A DNA stretch of 64,000 nucleotides from NCBI GenBank assembly GCA_002269645.1, contig NIVC01000281.1:1-64000 (forward strand), given 5' to 3'. Position numbers and translations under genes: made by a program. Under the pieces are notes generated by a model, which was not told where the DNA came from, did no database searches, and saw nothing but the letters and a program-made list of their open reading frames with translations. This DNA is from Macrostomum lignano (Eukaryota). This document shows, piece by piece, positions 10,137-24,600 of this stretch (within the stretch, counting starts at the first letter, position 1; the number at the start of each line of letters is the position of its first letter).

Positions 10137-12716
10137 CTATTCCTGCTCGGGGAACTCATCGTAGTGGAACTGGTAGGTGTGCTGCTTGCCAGTCACCTTG
10201 GTGATGAGGCGCCTGTCGTAGTAGTACCTCAGTGTGCGCGACATCTTCTCATACGTCATGTTGTCTCGTCTGCGATGCTTGCCCCAGGCCTCGGCCAGGT
10301 TGTTCGGATTGGAGATTCGAAATACGCCGTCCTGCCGGTTCAGCCAGTGCAGGTTCGGCTGGCCGGTTTCGTCCAGGCAGTCGGCCTCGGTGCCCAGGTC
10401 CAGCTGCTGGTAGAGGAACTGCCACAGTTGCAGCTGGCGGGACTTGGTCACCTCTGCGGGTAGGGTTGTTATTAGGTTAATAATTAGCCAAGTAGGTTCA
10501 GGCAGGTGCGTAGAGAAGTAGGCAGGTAGACAGGCAAAGTATACAGACAGGGTTGATGATAGATGCAGTTAGTTAGACAGGTAGGTGAGTAGGTAGGTAG
10601 GTAGGTAGACAGGTAGATAGGTAGACAGGTAGATAGGTAGACAGGTAGATAGGTAGACAGGTAGATAGGTAGACAGGTAGATAGGTAGACAGGTAGATAG
10701 GTAGACAGGTAGATAGGTAGACAGGTAGATAGGTAGACAGGTAGATAGGTAGGTAGACAGGTAGATAGGTAGACAGGTAGATAGGTAGGTAGACAGGTAG
10801 ATAGGTAGGTAGACAGGTAGGTAGACAGGTAGATAGGTAGACAGGTAGATAGGTAGACAGGTAGATAGGTAGGTAGACAGGTAGATAGGTAGGTAGACAG
10901 GTAGGTAGGTAGGTAGACAGGTAGGTAGGTAGGTAGACAGGTAGATAGGTAAGGCAAGGAAGTTAGATAGGCAGAAACGTAGGCAGAAAAGATAGAAAGA
11001 TACGTAGGAAGGTCAGATAGGTAGGTAGAGTGGGTGAGCATACGCAGGCATTTACACCACTCACTTGTTCGCTGCTTTTTCGCCCTCTTGACGACGCCTC
11101 CAGCGGCGGGTGCAGCAGCGACAGCCGAGACCAGCCGCTTGGCCGCCAGTGCAGCCAGCTGGTGGCTCCGCTGTTCCTGGCGCTCCTGAAGCTGCTGCAG
11201 CTGCTGCTGCGGAATCGGCGAGGACAGAAGCGACGGCGGAGACGGACTGTCGGCTCCATCGCTGCTGCTGGCGCAGCTCAGGCAGGTGGGGCTCTGGCAC
11301 CAGAAGCTTGCGGCTGTGGTTGCGGACGCCACAGGCGGAACGAACTGCTGCTGCTGGCAAGAGGCTGTCGAATAGCCCGAGTCGGAGCGACTCCGCAGCT
11401 CCAGAAGCTGCGAATCTTCATCAGTGAGATCGATGAGTTTCTGACTGTCGGGTCCGCAGTTGGGCCGACAGTAAAGGTCGATGAGTTCGGCGTTGTCGAT
11501 GGACTGAAGGTCGCCGAATTCGCTGCGCATCACGGCGAAGTCCCAGGTGTTGAGACCGTTCAGATCGTCAGCGGTCTGTGCGGCCTGGTGGTGGGTTGCC
11601 ATGGGGTTGTGTTTGAGTCCGAACTTGAGCACACTCGTGTGGAAAATTAATTTTTCAACAGGGTTATCGGTCTCTTCACTACCTTCACTAACACCTTTCT
11701 TCACTAGCGCCCCTTCACTAGCGCCCCTTCTTCACTAGCGCCCCTTCTTCACTAGCGCCCCTTCACTAGCGCCTCTTCACTGGCGGCCCTTCACTGGCGC
11801 CCCTTCACTGGCGCCCCTTCTTCACTAGCGCCCCTTCTTCACTAGCGCCCCTTTCACTAGCGCCCCTTCTTCACTAGCGCCCCTTCACTAGCGCCCCTTC
11901 TTCACTAGCGCCCCTTCTTCACTAGCGCCCCTTCACTAGCGCACCTTCTTCACTAGCGCCCCTTCACTAGCGCACCTTCTTCACTAGCGCCCCTTCGCTT
12001 GCGCCCCTTCTTTACTAGCGTCCCTTCCTCACTAGCGCCCCTTCACTGGCGCCCCTTCACTGGCGCCCCTTCACTGGTGCCCCTTCTTCACTAGCGCCCC
12101 TTCTTCACTAGCGCCCCTTCACTGGCGCCTCTTCACTGGTGCCCCTTCACTGGCGCCCCTTCACTGGCGCCCCTTCACTGGTGCCCCTTCTTCACTAGCG
12201 CCCCTTCTTCACTAGCGCCCCTTCTTCACTAGCGCCCCTTCTTCACTAGCGCCCCTTCTTCACTAGCGCCCCTTCTTCACTAGCGCCCCTTCTTCACTAG
12301 CGCCCCTTCTTCACTAGCGCCCCTTCTTCACTAGCGCCCCTTCTTCACTAGCGCCCCTTCTTCATTAGCGCCCTTTCACTGGCACCCTTACTAAGAGTCT
12401 GAGACATCAATAATCATCAATCAGCAGCACCAATCAAAGCAAGCTAAGCTAAGCTACTCACCATAGCAGACTCAAATGCCAGTCGAGAGGTGCTCTGCTG
12501 CTGCTTCTGCTGCTCAAATCCGGCCGAACTGCAGTAGCCTAAGCCAGTTGAGTAGTTCTCTGAGCAGTTCGCCATGAATGCGTCCGATTGCAGAGCTGAG
12601 AACACGGCTGTACCCGCAGGCACCCCGCCGCAATGTTGCAAGCGCTGCTGCTGAGGCGGATAGCTGGATAAACCGCTGCCATTCAGCAGCTCCTCGATGA
12701 TGTCGTCGCTGTCCAT
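10137..12716 (-). CDS. ETS-domain transcription factor
   Basis: Exons 12716-12462 ([11 protein letters not shown]...), about 11623-11065 (acceptor uncertain; S/Q-rich) and 10453-10137. The last encodes [20 protein letters not shown]...[38 protein letters not shown], a complete ETS domain. Phases match. Subfamily not assigned. Confidence 0.92.
10570..11030 (+). repeat. Compound TAGG/TAGA/CAGG tetranucleotide repeat in ETS intron
   Basis: Directly visible. Confidence 0.9.
11700..12385 (+). repeat. 14-17-bp minisatellite (cactagcgccccttctt)n in ETS intron
   Basis: Directly visible. Confidence 0.9.
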
Positions 12717-12828
12717 TCTCGCTGTGCACCTCCTGAAGAAAATTAACAAATTATAAAAATGATTCTTCTACAACCTGATTGAGACTGAGAGAGAGAGAGT
12801 TCTCGAAACGCCTTCGCGGCTTTGGCTG

Positions 12829-12866
12829 TTTATATAGCACCGGCTTCGGGACCCCTCTGGACCAAT
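12829..12866 (-). promoter_or_regulatory. Putative ETS core promoter: TATA box with nearby CCAAT element
   Basis: TATATAAA on the minus strand at 12836-12829, 113 nt upstream of the ATG. CCAAT at 12862-12866. Confidence 0.55.
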
Positions 12867-13454
12867 GAGAACCCGGCCCGCTTGAAGTCACATGGCCTCT
12901 CGCTCCACTCTCTCTCTCTCTACCTCTCCAATTTTAGCGGTCCAAGTGAAAGAGAGGCTAGCAGAAGAGCAGCAAAAGCATAAATGGTAATTCTCTGTTC
13001 ATTTTGGCTTGGCTTGTCTGACAGAAGACCAGAGAGAGAGAGAAAGAGAGAGATACGACCAAACACCAAGATAGGGAAACCCCAAGAACTTCTATTCGTG
13101 GACTGACGGTTGACCTCTACTGTACACCACATGCTCCTAAATAGCTGTAAATACTGTAGCTTCTCTATCTGCTTCAATAGCTGACTTGCTGACCTTCATA
13201 TTGCACCCTCTCTGTGGCATTCTAGTTACATGGGAAGCTCATTCAATATCCTTTTTAACTGGAGCTTAACTCGTATTAGACTCAGAACCAGTGACTGTAG
13301 CTAAAAATAGTACTGATGTCCATCAGTATTCAGACATTGTGCATTGACGATTTTCATATAAGCATAAAATAATGCCTGTGATTGCTGAAAGAAGAGAATC
13401 AGCTCACTGTCTTTTACTCTTCGAAAACATAAATTTTAGACATCAAAACTGCTA

Positions 13455-14460
13455 TCTGGGGCTCCGCTTTCTCTCCTCTCTGGCGCTCCGCTTTCTCTCC
13501 TCTCTGGCGCTCCGCTTTCTCTCTCCTCTCTGGCGCTCCGCTTTCTCTCCTCTCTGGCGCTCCGCTTTCTCTCCTCTCTGGCGCTCCGCTTTCTCTCCTC
13601 TCTGGCGCTCCGCTTTCTCTCCTGTCTGGCGCTCCGCTTTCTCTCTCCTCTCTGGCGCTCCGCTTTCTCTCCTCTCTGGCGCTCCGCTTTCTCTCCTCTC
13701 TGGCGCTCCGCTTTCTCTCCTCTCTGGCGCTCCGCTTTCTCTCCTCTCTGGCGCTCCGCTTTCTCTCTTCTCTGGCGCTCCGCTTTCTCTCCTCTCTGGC
13801 GCTCTGCTTTCTCTCTCCTCTCTGGCGCTCTGCTTTCTCTCTTCTCTGGCGCTCCGCTTTCTCTCCTCTCTGGCGCTCCGCTTTCTCTCCTCTCTGGCGC
13901 TCCGCTTTCTCTCCTCTCTGGCGCTCCGCTTTCTCTCTCCTCTCTGGCGCTCCGCTTTCTCTCCTCTCTGGCGCTCTGCTTTCTCTCCTCTCTGGCGCTC
14001 CGCTTTCTCTCCTCTCTGGCGCTCCGCTTTCTCTCCTCTCTGGCGCTCCGCTTTCTCTCCTCTCTGGCGCTCCGCTTTCTCTCCTCTCTGGCGCTCTGCT
14101 TTCTCTCCTCTCTGGCGCTCCGCTTTCTCTCCTCTCTGGCGCTCCGCTTTCTCTCCTCTCTGGCGCTCTGCTTTCTGTCCTCTCTGGCGCTCCGCTTTCT
14201 CTCCTCTCTGGCGCTCTGCTTTCTCTCTTCTCTGGCGCTCCGCTTTCTCTCCTCTCTGGCGCTCCGCTTTCTCTCCTCTCTGGCGCTCCGCTTTCTCTCC
14301 TCTCTGGCGCTCTGCTTTCTCTCCTCTCTGGCGCTCCGCTTTCTCTCCTCTCTGGCGCTCCGCTTTCTCTCCTCTCTGGCGCTCCGCTTTCTCTCCTCTC
14401 TGGCGCTCTGCTTTCTCTCCTCTCTGGCGCTCCGCTTTCTCTCCTCTCTGGAGCTCCGCT
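13455..14460 (+). repeat. 24-bp CT-rich minisatellite
   Basis: Unit tctctggcgctccgctttctctcc; source of spurious ORF 13372..14604. Confidence 0.95.
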
Positions 14461-15074
14461 TTCTTCTCTGACTCTCTGCTTTCTCTCTTCTCTCTGGCTA
14501 TTTCATTTTCACGCCTTCAGTCAGCCAGTTTTGGTGTCTATAAGTCCTCGGTAAAGTCTGTGAAAATAACTGATAACTCAAGTTCGTTTGCACCACCAGC
14601 GTGAGCTACTTACTTACTACAGCTGCTAATGGCGGTTTCACAACTGCTGATAAGCGATAAAAGATATTTTCCCAGATGAACTCAGTAACCTCGAACGGAG
14701 AGTTACTTGAGCATGACAAATAATGTTTCTTCTAAGAGATAATTTTTTGAAAAAAACTTTGCTCTCATCCCAAATTTGCCAGGCAATAAAATTTAAACGC
14801 CCAGGCACACAGAGTGTGTCACTGCTGGTGGCTAGATGAGGATCCAGAAGGGTTTGCTGAAGTTCGGCAACTCACATTTGTAACTCTAAGATAACTGATT
14901 ATGCTGTGCCGTGCTCATGGTTTGTAAAAGCTAAAACATTGCATGTATTCGGCTGACTATCCAGAGATAAAGCTCTTGTGAGTCGGAATGACGGCTTAAC
15001 AGCTTAAGCACTTGAAACTTGCTAAGACTACAAACTCAAAACCTGTATTTGTCTGTACTTATTGGGAGAAAAGG

Positions 15075-15410
15075 AGATGAGAGGAGAGGAGACGAGAGGA
15101 GAGGAGAGGAGACGAGAGGAGAGGAGAGGACAGGAGAGGAGAGGAGAGGAGAGGAGAGGAGAGGAGAGGAGAGGAGAGGAGAGGAGAGGAGACGAGAGGA
15201 GAGGAGAGGAGAGGAGAGGAGAGGAGAGGAGAGGAGAGGAGAGGAGAGGAGACGAGAGGAGAGGAGAGGAGAGGAGAGGAGAGGAGAGGAGAGGAGAGGA
15301 GAGGAGAGGAGAGGAGAGGAGAGGAGAGAGAGGAGAGGAGAGGAGAGGAGAGGAGAGGAGAGGAGAGGAGAGGAGAGGAGAGGAGAGGAGAGGAGAGGAG
15401 AGGAGAGGAT
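15075..15410 (+). repeat. (AGAGG)n microsatellite
   Basis: Directly visible. Confidence 0.95.
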
Positions 15411-16089
15411 ATAGACAGTGGAGATGTAATTTGTACAAATTGTCCATACCTTTACATGAAATGCTATGTACATGAAAATTGATCACGTGAATCATTTCCT
15501 TCCCCAGTAGGCTAATCTCGCATTCCAGTTCGCAGAGTTCGCTGAGTGGCTCAGTGAGATCAAGCAGGTTGCAAAGTTCAGCTCTGCAGGGGTCACTGCA
15601 GCACCCAACCCGCCCAAACTGTACAGTTTAGCCCCCCAGCGCCAATGCATGTTTTTTCTAGTTCAATATAGAAGTCAACAAAATGCAGCTAAACTAACAT
15701 GCTGGTAAACAAATACACTGAAGAGGTGGCAACCCCACACACGTTTTCCGTTACCATGGCATTTTATACAGTTGTATCTATCACTTTAACAACTTTACTT
15801 AAGTAAACAACCTGTGAATTTTGCACCCAAACACCCATGCGGTGTAGCGTTTTATCAAAGTAGTCTTGTATCTGTGCTAATATGCGTGTAGCTCAATAGT
15901 TTTATTGGCTATTAAGAACTTTGGACTGTAGTAAACATGATAATATTGGGTATGAATGAAGTCATTTCTAAATTGTTCTAGAACTTTGTATGCTGCAATG
16001 TGAAGCACTCTTGACTTGTTAAATTTGAAGTAGAAATCGAGCGTATAAAAATACTGCTAGTTGGATTTCATTGAAAATTGTCCTGTACA

Positions 16090-17090
16090 TTCAGTTGACT
16101 GCCCGCTACCCTCTCTGATCCTTCAGTTGACTGTCCGCTACCCTCTCTGATCATTCAGTTGACTGCCCGCTACCCTCTCTGATCATTCAGTTGACTGCCC
16201 GCTACCCTCTCTGATCATTCAGTGAGCCCGCTACCCCTCTCTGATCCTTCAGTTGACTTCCCGTTACCCTCTCTGATCCTTCAGTTGACTGCCCGTTACC
16301 CTCTCTGATCCTTCAGTTGACTGCCCGCTACCCTCTCTGATCATTCAGTGAGCCCGCTACCCCTCTCTGATCCTTCAGTTGACTTCCCGTTACCCTCTCT
16401 GATCCTTCAGTTGACTGCCCGCTACCCTCTCTGATCATTCAGTGAGCCCGCTACCCCTCTCTGATCCTTCAGTTGACTGCCCGCTACCCTCTCTGATCCT
16501 TCAGTTGACTGCCCGCTACCCTCTCTGATCCTTCAGTTGACTGCCCGCTACCCTCTCTGATCCTTCAGTTGACTGTCCGCTACCCTCTCTGATCCTTCAG
16601 TTGACTGTCCGCTACCCCTCTCTGATCATTCAGTGAGCCCGCTACCCTCTCTGATCCTTCAGTTGACTGTCCGCTACCCTCTCTGATAATTCAGTGAGCC
16701 CGCTACCCTCTCTGATCCTTCAGTTGACTGTCCGCTACCCTCTCTGATCATTCAGTTGACTTCCCGTTACCCTCTCTGATCCTTCAGTTGACTGTCCGCT
16801 ACCCTCTCTGATCCTTCAGGTGACTATACGCTACCCCTCTCTGATCCTTCAGTTGACTGCCCGCTACCCCTCTCTGATCCTTCAGGTGACTGCCCGCTAC
16901 CCCTCTCTGATCCTTCAGGTGACTATACACTACCCCTCTCTGATCCTTCAGGTGACTATACGCTACCCCTCTCTGATCCTTCAGGTGACTATACGCTACC
17001 CCTCTCTGATCCTTCAGGTGACTATACACTACCCCTCTCTGATCCTTCAGGTGACTGCCCGCTACCAGCTACCCTCTCTGATCCTTCAGA
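16090..17090 (+). repeat. ~32-33-bp minisatellite
   Basis: Unit cagttgactgcccgctaccctctctgatcctt and variants. Confidence 0.9.
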
Positions 17091-17989
17091 CCCTTAGACC
17101 CCACAGACACTCACACAGACACTCACCCTAGAGGACTGCTCTGGATTTCCAGGTGACAAATAATTAAACTAGTTTGAGCTTAAAACTGAGATAAGGCAGG
17201 TAAGCTTTAGGCTAGCAAATTTTATTGCCAGTATTTAACACTTGACAAGGGAGTCACTGTGAGAGAGGATTGAGTGAGTGAACCCCCACCTGTCATAAAC
17301 AAATCCAGGCTCTCCTATTATTGAATAAACACTGCACCAATGAAAAACTTTTAAATGTCAAACTCGCCAATTTATGACTGGCCAACTTGCACTTTGATTT
17401 TCAAGTGCCCTTCTCGCGGCCCGGCCACACATTGCGAGCATGATATTAATTAATGCTTTGAGAACTGCAACTTGTGCGCTCTCTGGCAATAAGAAGGACT
17501 CTTTGTCATTGAATTTTGAAATCATAATTTTGCAGCCTGATGACCTTCAAACATTCTCAGCTAATTGGTGCCAATAAATGAATTATACCCAAAGTCAGAC
17601 AAAGAGGTTATAAAACCTTCCAGCCTTAACGCTGTCTATATCTAACACATTATAAGGCCGCCATGTTAGATCAAGCGCTGTCTATATCTAACACATTATA
17701 AGAACGCAATGTTAGATCAAGCTTTGTCTAGTGTCTGTATCTAACACCACTGCGCTAATCTTAGACTCCATAATTCTGTGAACATGCCGCACGCTCGGCA
17801 CGCACTGATTCGCGAAGTGCACGGAAATGCTCTTATGCTGCTCAGATGTTTCCTGTCACTTGCAACGCATGCACAGTGCAGAGCTCGATGTGAAGCAGAC
17901 AATGCAAAGCTACATTACTTAAATAGCCTTGCAAACTGGCAGTGATGCTATTCCTGGACAGCTCTGTAGTTTAATTTTAGCAAGGGTGA

Positions 17990-19035
17990 GTGCAGCGCTA
18001 AACTTGGCGCTAAAATCTAGCCTACAGCGCTAAACTTGGCGCTAAAATCTAGCCTACAGCGCTAAACTTGGTGCTAAAATCTAGCCTACGGCGCTAGCTT
18101 GGCGCTAAAATCTAGCCTACGGCGTCGGCGCTAAATTTGGCGCTTAAATCTAGCCTACGGCGCTAAACTTGGCGCTAAAATCTAGCCTACGGCGCTAGCT
18201 TGGCGCTAAAATCTAGCCTACAGCGCTAAACTTGGTGCTAAAATCTAGCCTACAGCGCTAAACTTGGCGCTAAAATCTAGCCTACAGCGCTAAACTTGGC
18301 GCTAAAATCTAGCCTACAGCGCTAAACTTGGCGCTAAAATCTAGCCTACAGCGCTAAACTTGGTGCTAAAATCTAGCCTACGGCGCTAGCTTGGCGCTAA
18401 AATCTAGCCTACGGCGTCGGCGCTAAATTTGGCGCTTAAATCTAGCCTACGGCGCTAAACTTGGCGCTAAAATCTAGCCTACGGCGCTAGCTTGGCGCTA
18501 AAATCTAGCCTACGGCGCTAGCTTGGCGCTAAAATCTAGCCTACGGCGCTAGCTTGGCGCTAAAATCTAGCCTACGGCGCTAAACTTGGCGCTAAAATCT
18601 AGCCTACGGCGCTAGCTTGGCGCTAAAATCTAGCCTACGACGCTAGCTTGGCGCTAAAATCTAGCCTACGGCGCTAGCTTGGCGCTAAAATCTAGCCTAC
18701 AGCGCTAAACTTGGCGCTAAAATCTAGCCTACAGCGTCGGCGCTAAACTTGGCGCTAAAATCTAGCCTACAGCGTCGGCGCTAAACTTGGCGCTAAAATC
18801 TAGCCTACAGCGTCGGCGCTAAACTTGGCGCTAAAATCTAGCCTACGGCGCTAGCTTGGAGCTAAAATCTAGCCTACAGCGCTAAACTTAGCGCTAAAAT
18901 CTAGCCTACAGCGCTAAACTTGGCGCTAAAATCTAGCCTACGGCGTCGGCGCTAAACTTGGCGCTAAAATCTAGCCTACAGCGTCGGCGCTAAACTTGGC
19001 GCTAAAATCTAGCCTACAGCGCTAACTTGGCGCTA
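17990..19035 (+). repeat. ~32-bp minisatellite
   Basis: Unit gcgctaaacttggcgctaaaatctagcctaca and variants. Confidence 0.9.
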
Positions 19036-19584
19036 ACACATTACGTTCAAGGGAAAAGAAGTATGATCAGGGGCTAGAGGGACTTTCCCGAATCTCTCAC
19101 TAATTTCACGCACAATACAAACAGTTCCCAAGTGCTGCTTGTAGCCACAATTGACTCAGCATTATAACAAAGGCTCCTTTAAACCGTTCCCACGATTTCT
19201 CAACCCCCCCAAAAAAAAAATTACAAGCCCGTGCGAAAGAATTGAAAGAAAGGAACAGAATAGATAGCTCATAACTGCTGGTTGATGATTTTCTTGTTTA
19301 AATAAACCCATGCCTCGATTTACTTGTCTCCAATGTTAAAGCCCTCGCGGCATCCTTTGAGTGCATGTGTCCGCCAGAGCCTGTCTGAGGCCTGGCTTGG
19401 GGTCGAGCCTTTTGAAGTTCGGCCTGGGTGCGACCGGCAGGTTTTGTTTGCGGCTTGTCTGGCTCGGTGCGGGAGAGAGAGGGGGGAGATCAAAAGCCGG
19501 CAAGGGGCGTCTGTTGTTCCTTCCCCACTTTCTTTTTCTGTTGCTTATCTTCTTCTGCTCCCGATTTCACTTTGCTTTTCTTCT

Positions 19585-22290
19585 GTTCTAATCTCATATT
19601 CTGTCTACTCCTATCTCACAAATCCTTCATTCTTATCTCATATTCTGTCTACTCCTATCTCACAAATCCTTCATTCTAATCTCATTTTCTGTCTACTCCT
19701 ATCTCACAACTCGTTCATTCTAATCTCATATTCTGTCTACTCCTATCTCGCAAATGCTTCATTCTAATCTCATATTCTGTCTACTCCTATCTCACAAATC
19801 CTTCATACTTATCTCATATTCTGTCTACTCCTATCTCACAAATCCTTCATTCTAATCTCATATTCTGTCTACTCCTATCTCACAAATCCTTCATTCTAAT
19901 CTCATATTCTGTCTACTCCTATCTCACAAATCCTTCATTCTAATCTCATATTCTGTCTACTCCTATCTCACAACTCGTTCATTCTAATCTCATATTCTGT
20001 CCTGTCTACTCCTATCTCACAAATCCTTCATTCTAATCTCATATTCTGTCTACTCCTATCTCACAAATCCTTCATTCTAATCTCATATTCTGTCTACTCC
20101 TATCTCACAAATCCTTCATTCTAATCTCATATTCTGTCCTGTCTACTCCTATCTCACAAATCCTTCATTCTAATCTCATATTCTGTCTACTCCTATCTCA
20201 CAAATCTTTCATTCTAATCTCATATTCTGTCTACTCCTATCTCACAAATCCTTCATTCTAATCTCATATTCTGTCTACTCCTATCTCGCAAATCCTTCAT
20301 TCTAATCTCATATTCTGTCTACTCCTATCTCACAAATCCTTCATTCTAATCTCATATTCTGTCTACTCCTATCTCACAAATCCTTCATTCTAATCTCATA
20401 TTCTGTCTACTCCTATCTCACAATTCGTTCATTCTAATCTCATATTCTGTCTACTCCTATCTCACAAATCCTTCATTCTAATCTCATATTCTGTCTACTC
20501 CTATCTCGCAAATCCTTCATTCTAATCTCATATTCTGTCTACTCCTATCTCACAAATCCTTCATTCTAATCTCATATTCTGTCTACTCCTATCTCACAAA
20601 TCCTTCATTCTAATCTCATATTCTGTCTACTCCTATCTCGCAAATCCTTCATTCTAATCTCATATTCTGTCTACTCCTATCTCACAAATCCTTCATTCTA
20701 ATCTCATATTCTGTCTACTCCTATCTCACAAATCCTTCATTCTAATCTCATATTCTGTCTACTCCTATCTCACAACTCGTTCATTCTAATCTCATATTCT
20801 GTCTACTCCTATCTCGCAAATCCTTCATTCTAATCTCATATTCTGTCTACTCCTATCTCACAAATCCTTCATTCTAATCTCATATTCTGTCTACTCCTAT
20901 CTCACAAATCCTTCATTCTAATCTCATATTCTGTCTACTCCTATCTCGCAAATCCTTCATTCTAATCTCATATTCTGTCTACTCCTATCTCGCAAATCCT
21001 TCATTCTAATCTCATATTCTGTCTACTCCTATCTCACAAATCCTTCATTCTAATCTCATATTCTGTCTACTCCTATCTCACAAATCCTTCATTCTAATCT
21101 CATATTCTGTCTACTCCTATCTCACAAATCCTTCATTCTAATCTCATATTCTGTCTACTCCTATCTCGCAAATCCTTCATTCTAATCTCATATTCTGTCT
21201 ACTCCTATCTCACAACTCGTTCATTCTAATCTCATATTCTGTCTACTCCTATCTCGCAAATCCTTCATTCTAATCTCATATTCTGTCTACTCCTATCTCA
21301 CAATTCGTTCATTCTAATCTCATATTCTGTCTACTCCTATCTCACAAATCCTTCATTCTAATCTCATATTCTGTCTACTCCTATCTCGCAAATCCTTCAT
21401 TCTAATCTCATATTCTGTCTACTCCTATCTCACAAATCCTTCATTCTAATCTCATATTCTGTCTACTCCTATCTCACAAATCCTTCATTCTAATCTCATA
21501 TTCTGTCTACTCCTATCTCACAACTCGTTCATTCTAATCTCATATTCTGTCTACTCCTATCTCGCAAATCCTTCATTCTAATCTCATATTCTGTCTACTC
21601 CTATCTCACAAATCCTTCATTCTAATCTCATATTCTGTCTACTCCTATCTCACAAATCCTTCATTCTAATCTCATATTCTGTCTACTCCTATCTCGCAAA
21701 TCCTTCATTCTAATCTCATATTCTGTCTACTCCTATCTCGCAAATCCTTCATTCTAATCTCATATTCTGTCTACTCCTATCTCACAAATCCTTCATTCTA
21801 ATCTCATATTCTGTCTACTCCTATCTCACAAATCCTTCATTCTAATCTCATATTCTGTCTACTCCTATCTCACAAATCCTTCATTCTAATCTCATATTCT
21901 GTCTACTCCTATCTCGCAAATCCTTCATTCTAATCTCATATTCTGTCTACTCCTATCTCACAACTCGTTCATTCTAATCTCATATTCTGTCTACTCCTAT
22001 CTCGCAAATCCTTCATTCTAATCTCATATTCTGTCTACTCCTATCTCACAAATCCTTCATTCTAATCTCATATTCTGTCTACTCCTATCTCACAATTCGT
22101 TCATTCTAATCTCATATTCTGTCTACTCCTATCTCACAAATCCTTCATTCTAATCTCATATTCTGTCTACTCCTATCTCACAAATCCTTCATTCTAATCT
22201 CATATTCTGTCTACTCCTATCTCACAAATCCTTCATTCTAATCTCATATTCTGTCTACTCCTATCTCACAATTCTTTCATTCTAATCTTA
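19585..22290 (+). repeat. 44-bp satellite array (~2.7 kb)
   Basis: Unit tctaatctcatattctgtctactcctatctcacaaatccttcat, about 60 copies with four recurrent variants. Confidence 0.97.
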
Positions 22291-23989
22291 CACTCTCTCT
22301 TAAAGTCAATATATTTCATACTCTCTACTCTATCACATGTTCTGTCTCATATCTTATATTCTCTGAACTATTGCACAATTCGCAATAAATTCTCTAAATT
22401 CTAATTCTTAATCAGGCATCCTGCATCATATTCATAGTGTTATTGCAGCAGCCCTCGGCCGCACAGGCAACTGACACGCCAGCCCAGTGTGTGCACACTA
22501 ATAAAAGCAATAAATTATCAATTTAGCGAGCGAAAAAAAAACACTAGCGAGACTAAATCACTCATCGCTTACTGTAGAAAGTTGAGAACCCCGTACTAAC
22601 TGCTACTGCTAAATTATTACTTCTATTGTGCAGATTGCCGGCTTGGGCGCTAAGTCCGGGGGGGATTTTATTGGCCTAATGCCCGCTTGGATCCCATAGT
22701 TGTAGCCTGTGCTACTATTAGATGACCCTAAATTCCGCAATCCGTCTAGACAAGGAGTCAAGGAGTGCTAGAAAAGGAACCCGGAGCCACACAGACAACT
22801 AGAGGCTAAACTGTATAGTGTAAATGCTGTGAATCAAGCGCATTAAAATCAATTTAATCGAGTTCTGAAGAGGGCCCGTAGCCCAGGGGCCCAGGCTCGA
22901 TTCCAAGTGCAGTCGCATTGATTTGGGGCTAAATTGGAATCTCGGCTTGGCTCTGCTCGTGCAATTAACGCCATTGAGGGCCAACCCCAAGGCACAGTGA
23001 AGTGTACATGCCTAACGATAAAAAAAGTTAGGGCCGCTGTACACTCCTGTACTGTACACTACACGCCTGTGCGTATGACTGCGTACGTATCCGCGCGCTT
23101 GTGTGCTTGCTCAGGGGAGTCGGCAGAATGGCCAGCAGCAATGCCTCTCGCCGGTGGTGTGACAATGTCGCTTAAAGTGCGTCAGGGTGACTGCGATAAC
23201 TTTATAAATGATTACACAGAATATTGCCCAATCTTTTGCCCAGTCTGTAGTTGTCTGGAACTGGAGGAATTTCGGGCAGAATTGGCACTCCAAACCTCTG
23301 CTTCTAGGCTTCCTTGCAAATGTCCCCAATTGGCCTTTTGTGGAGGTCTGGCTGGGCAACCTTTACCTACCAGCAATAATTCTTCAAGTCTCCCAGAAAT
23401 GAAAGTCAACCCCTCAGGTTCAATAGGTGTTGTTCTCTTTTATTAAAGCCGGTATTTTTTGTCCCAATTTAAAGACCGCCAGAGCCCGTGCAGTCAATTC
23501 CAAACACTTAAGCCTCGGGGTTGAAGTTGCTCCAGATTTGCTCCAAAAGCCGGCGGAGGTTCCGCCAGAAGAAGAGAATAAAAAAAGAAGAACAATATGG
23601 AATCAGCGCCTTTTTAGGTGGGAATTTTTGATACAGTTTTTATTGCCCACGCCACCACCCCACGCTCCCCTCTTCTCATCTTACTCCTCCCGCCACCTCC
23701 CGGACACGCACCTGGGCAAGTGAATGGTGGATGGCGGCGAACGCGAACAGAAAAAGAAGAAAAAACACAGAAAAATTTTATTACCCCGGTCTGTCTGGGC
23801 CTTGCAGAGAGACGGCATCGGGAATTTGCAAAACTGGCATTTTAAACTGGCAAAAAGTTTAACTATCTTGGGGATCAGCCCGAGGCCCGCACACGAAGAA
23901 TACTTGGGAAAACTTTTATCTTACAACGAGTTTTTACACCTTTTCTAGATACGCTATTGCCACACTGATTGCCAATTTACTATCGCTAA

Positions 23990-24600
23990 GATAGGCATTA
24001 GGACAGATATTGGGGCACTAAGACAAACATTAGGACAGTCATTAGGATAGATATTAGGACAGACATTAGGACAGACATAAAGACAGACATTAAGACAGAC
24101 ATTAGGACAAACATTAGGACACTAAGACAGACATTAGGACAGACATTAGGACACTAAGACAGACATTAGGACACTAAGACAGACATTAGGACAGACATTA
24201 GGACAGATATTAGGACAGAAATTAGGACAGAAATTAGGACAAACATTAGGACACTAAGACAGACATTAGGACAGACATTAGGACACTAAGACAGACATTA
24301 GGACAGACATTAGGACAGATATTAGGACAGATATTAGGACAGACATTAGGACAAACATTAGGACACTAAGACAGACATTAGGACAGATATTAGGACAGAT
24401 ATTAGGACAGATATTAGGACAGACATTAGGACAAACATTAGGACACTAAGACAGACATTAGGACAATCATTAGGACACTAAGACAGACATTAGGACACTG
24501 CGACAGATATTAGGACACTAAGACAGACATTAAGACAGATATTAGGACAAACATTAGGAAACTAAGACAGATATTAGGACAGAAATTAGAACACTATGAT
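23990..24600 (+). repeat. ~12-bp (agacattaggac)-type minisatellite
   Basis: Directly visible. Confidence 0.9.

Noticed and set aside
19376-19400. gcctgtctgagg resembling the 3' end of 5.8S rRNA
   Set aside because: Only about 12 nt match; no upstream 5.8S or downstream 28S sequence.
22934-23446. 170-aa Cys-containing ORF and neighbouring short ORFs
   Set aside because: No recognisable domain, non-ATG start and no supporting exon structure.
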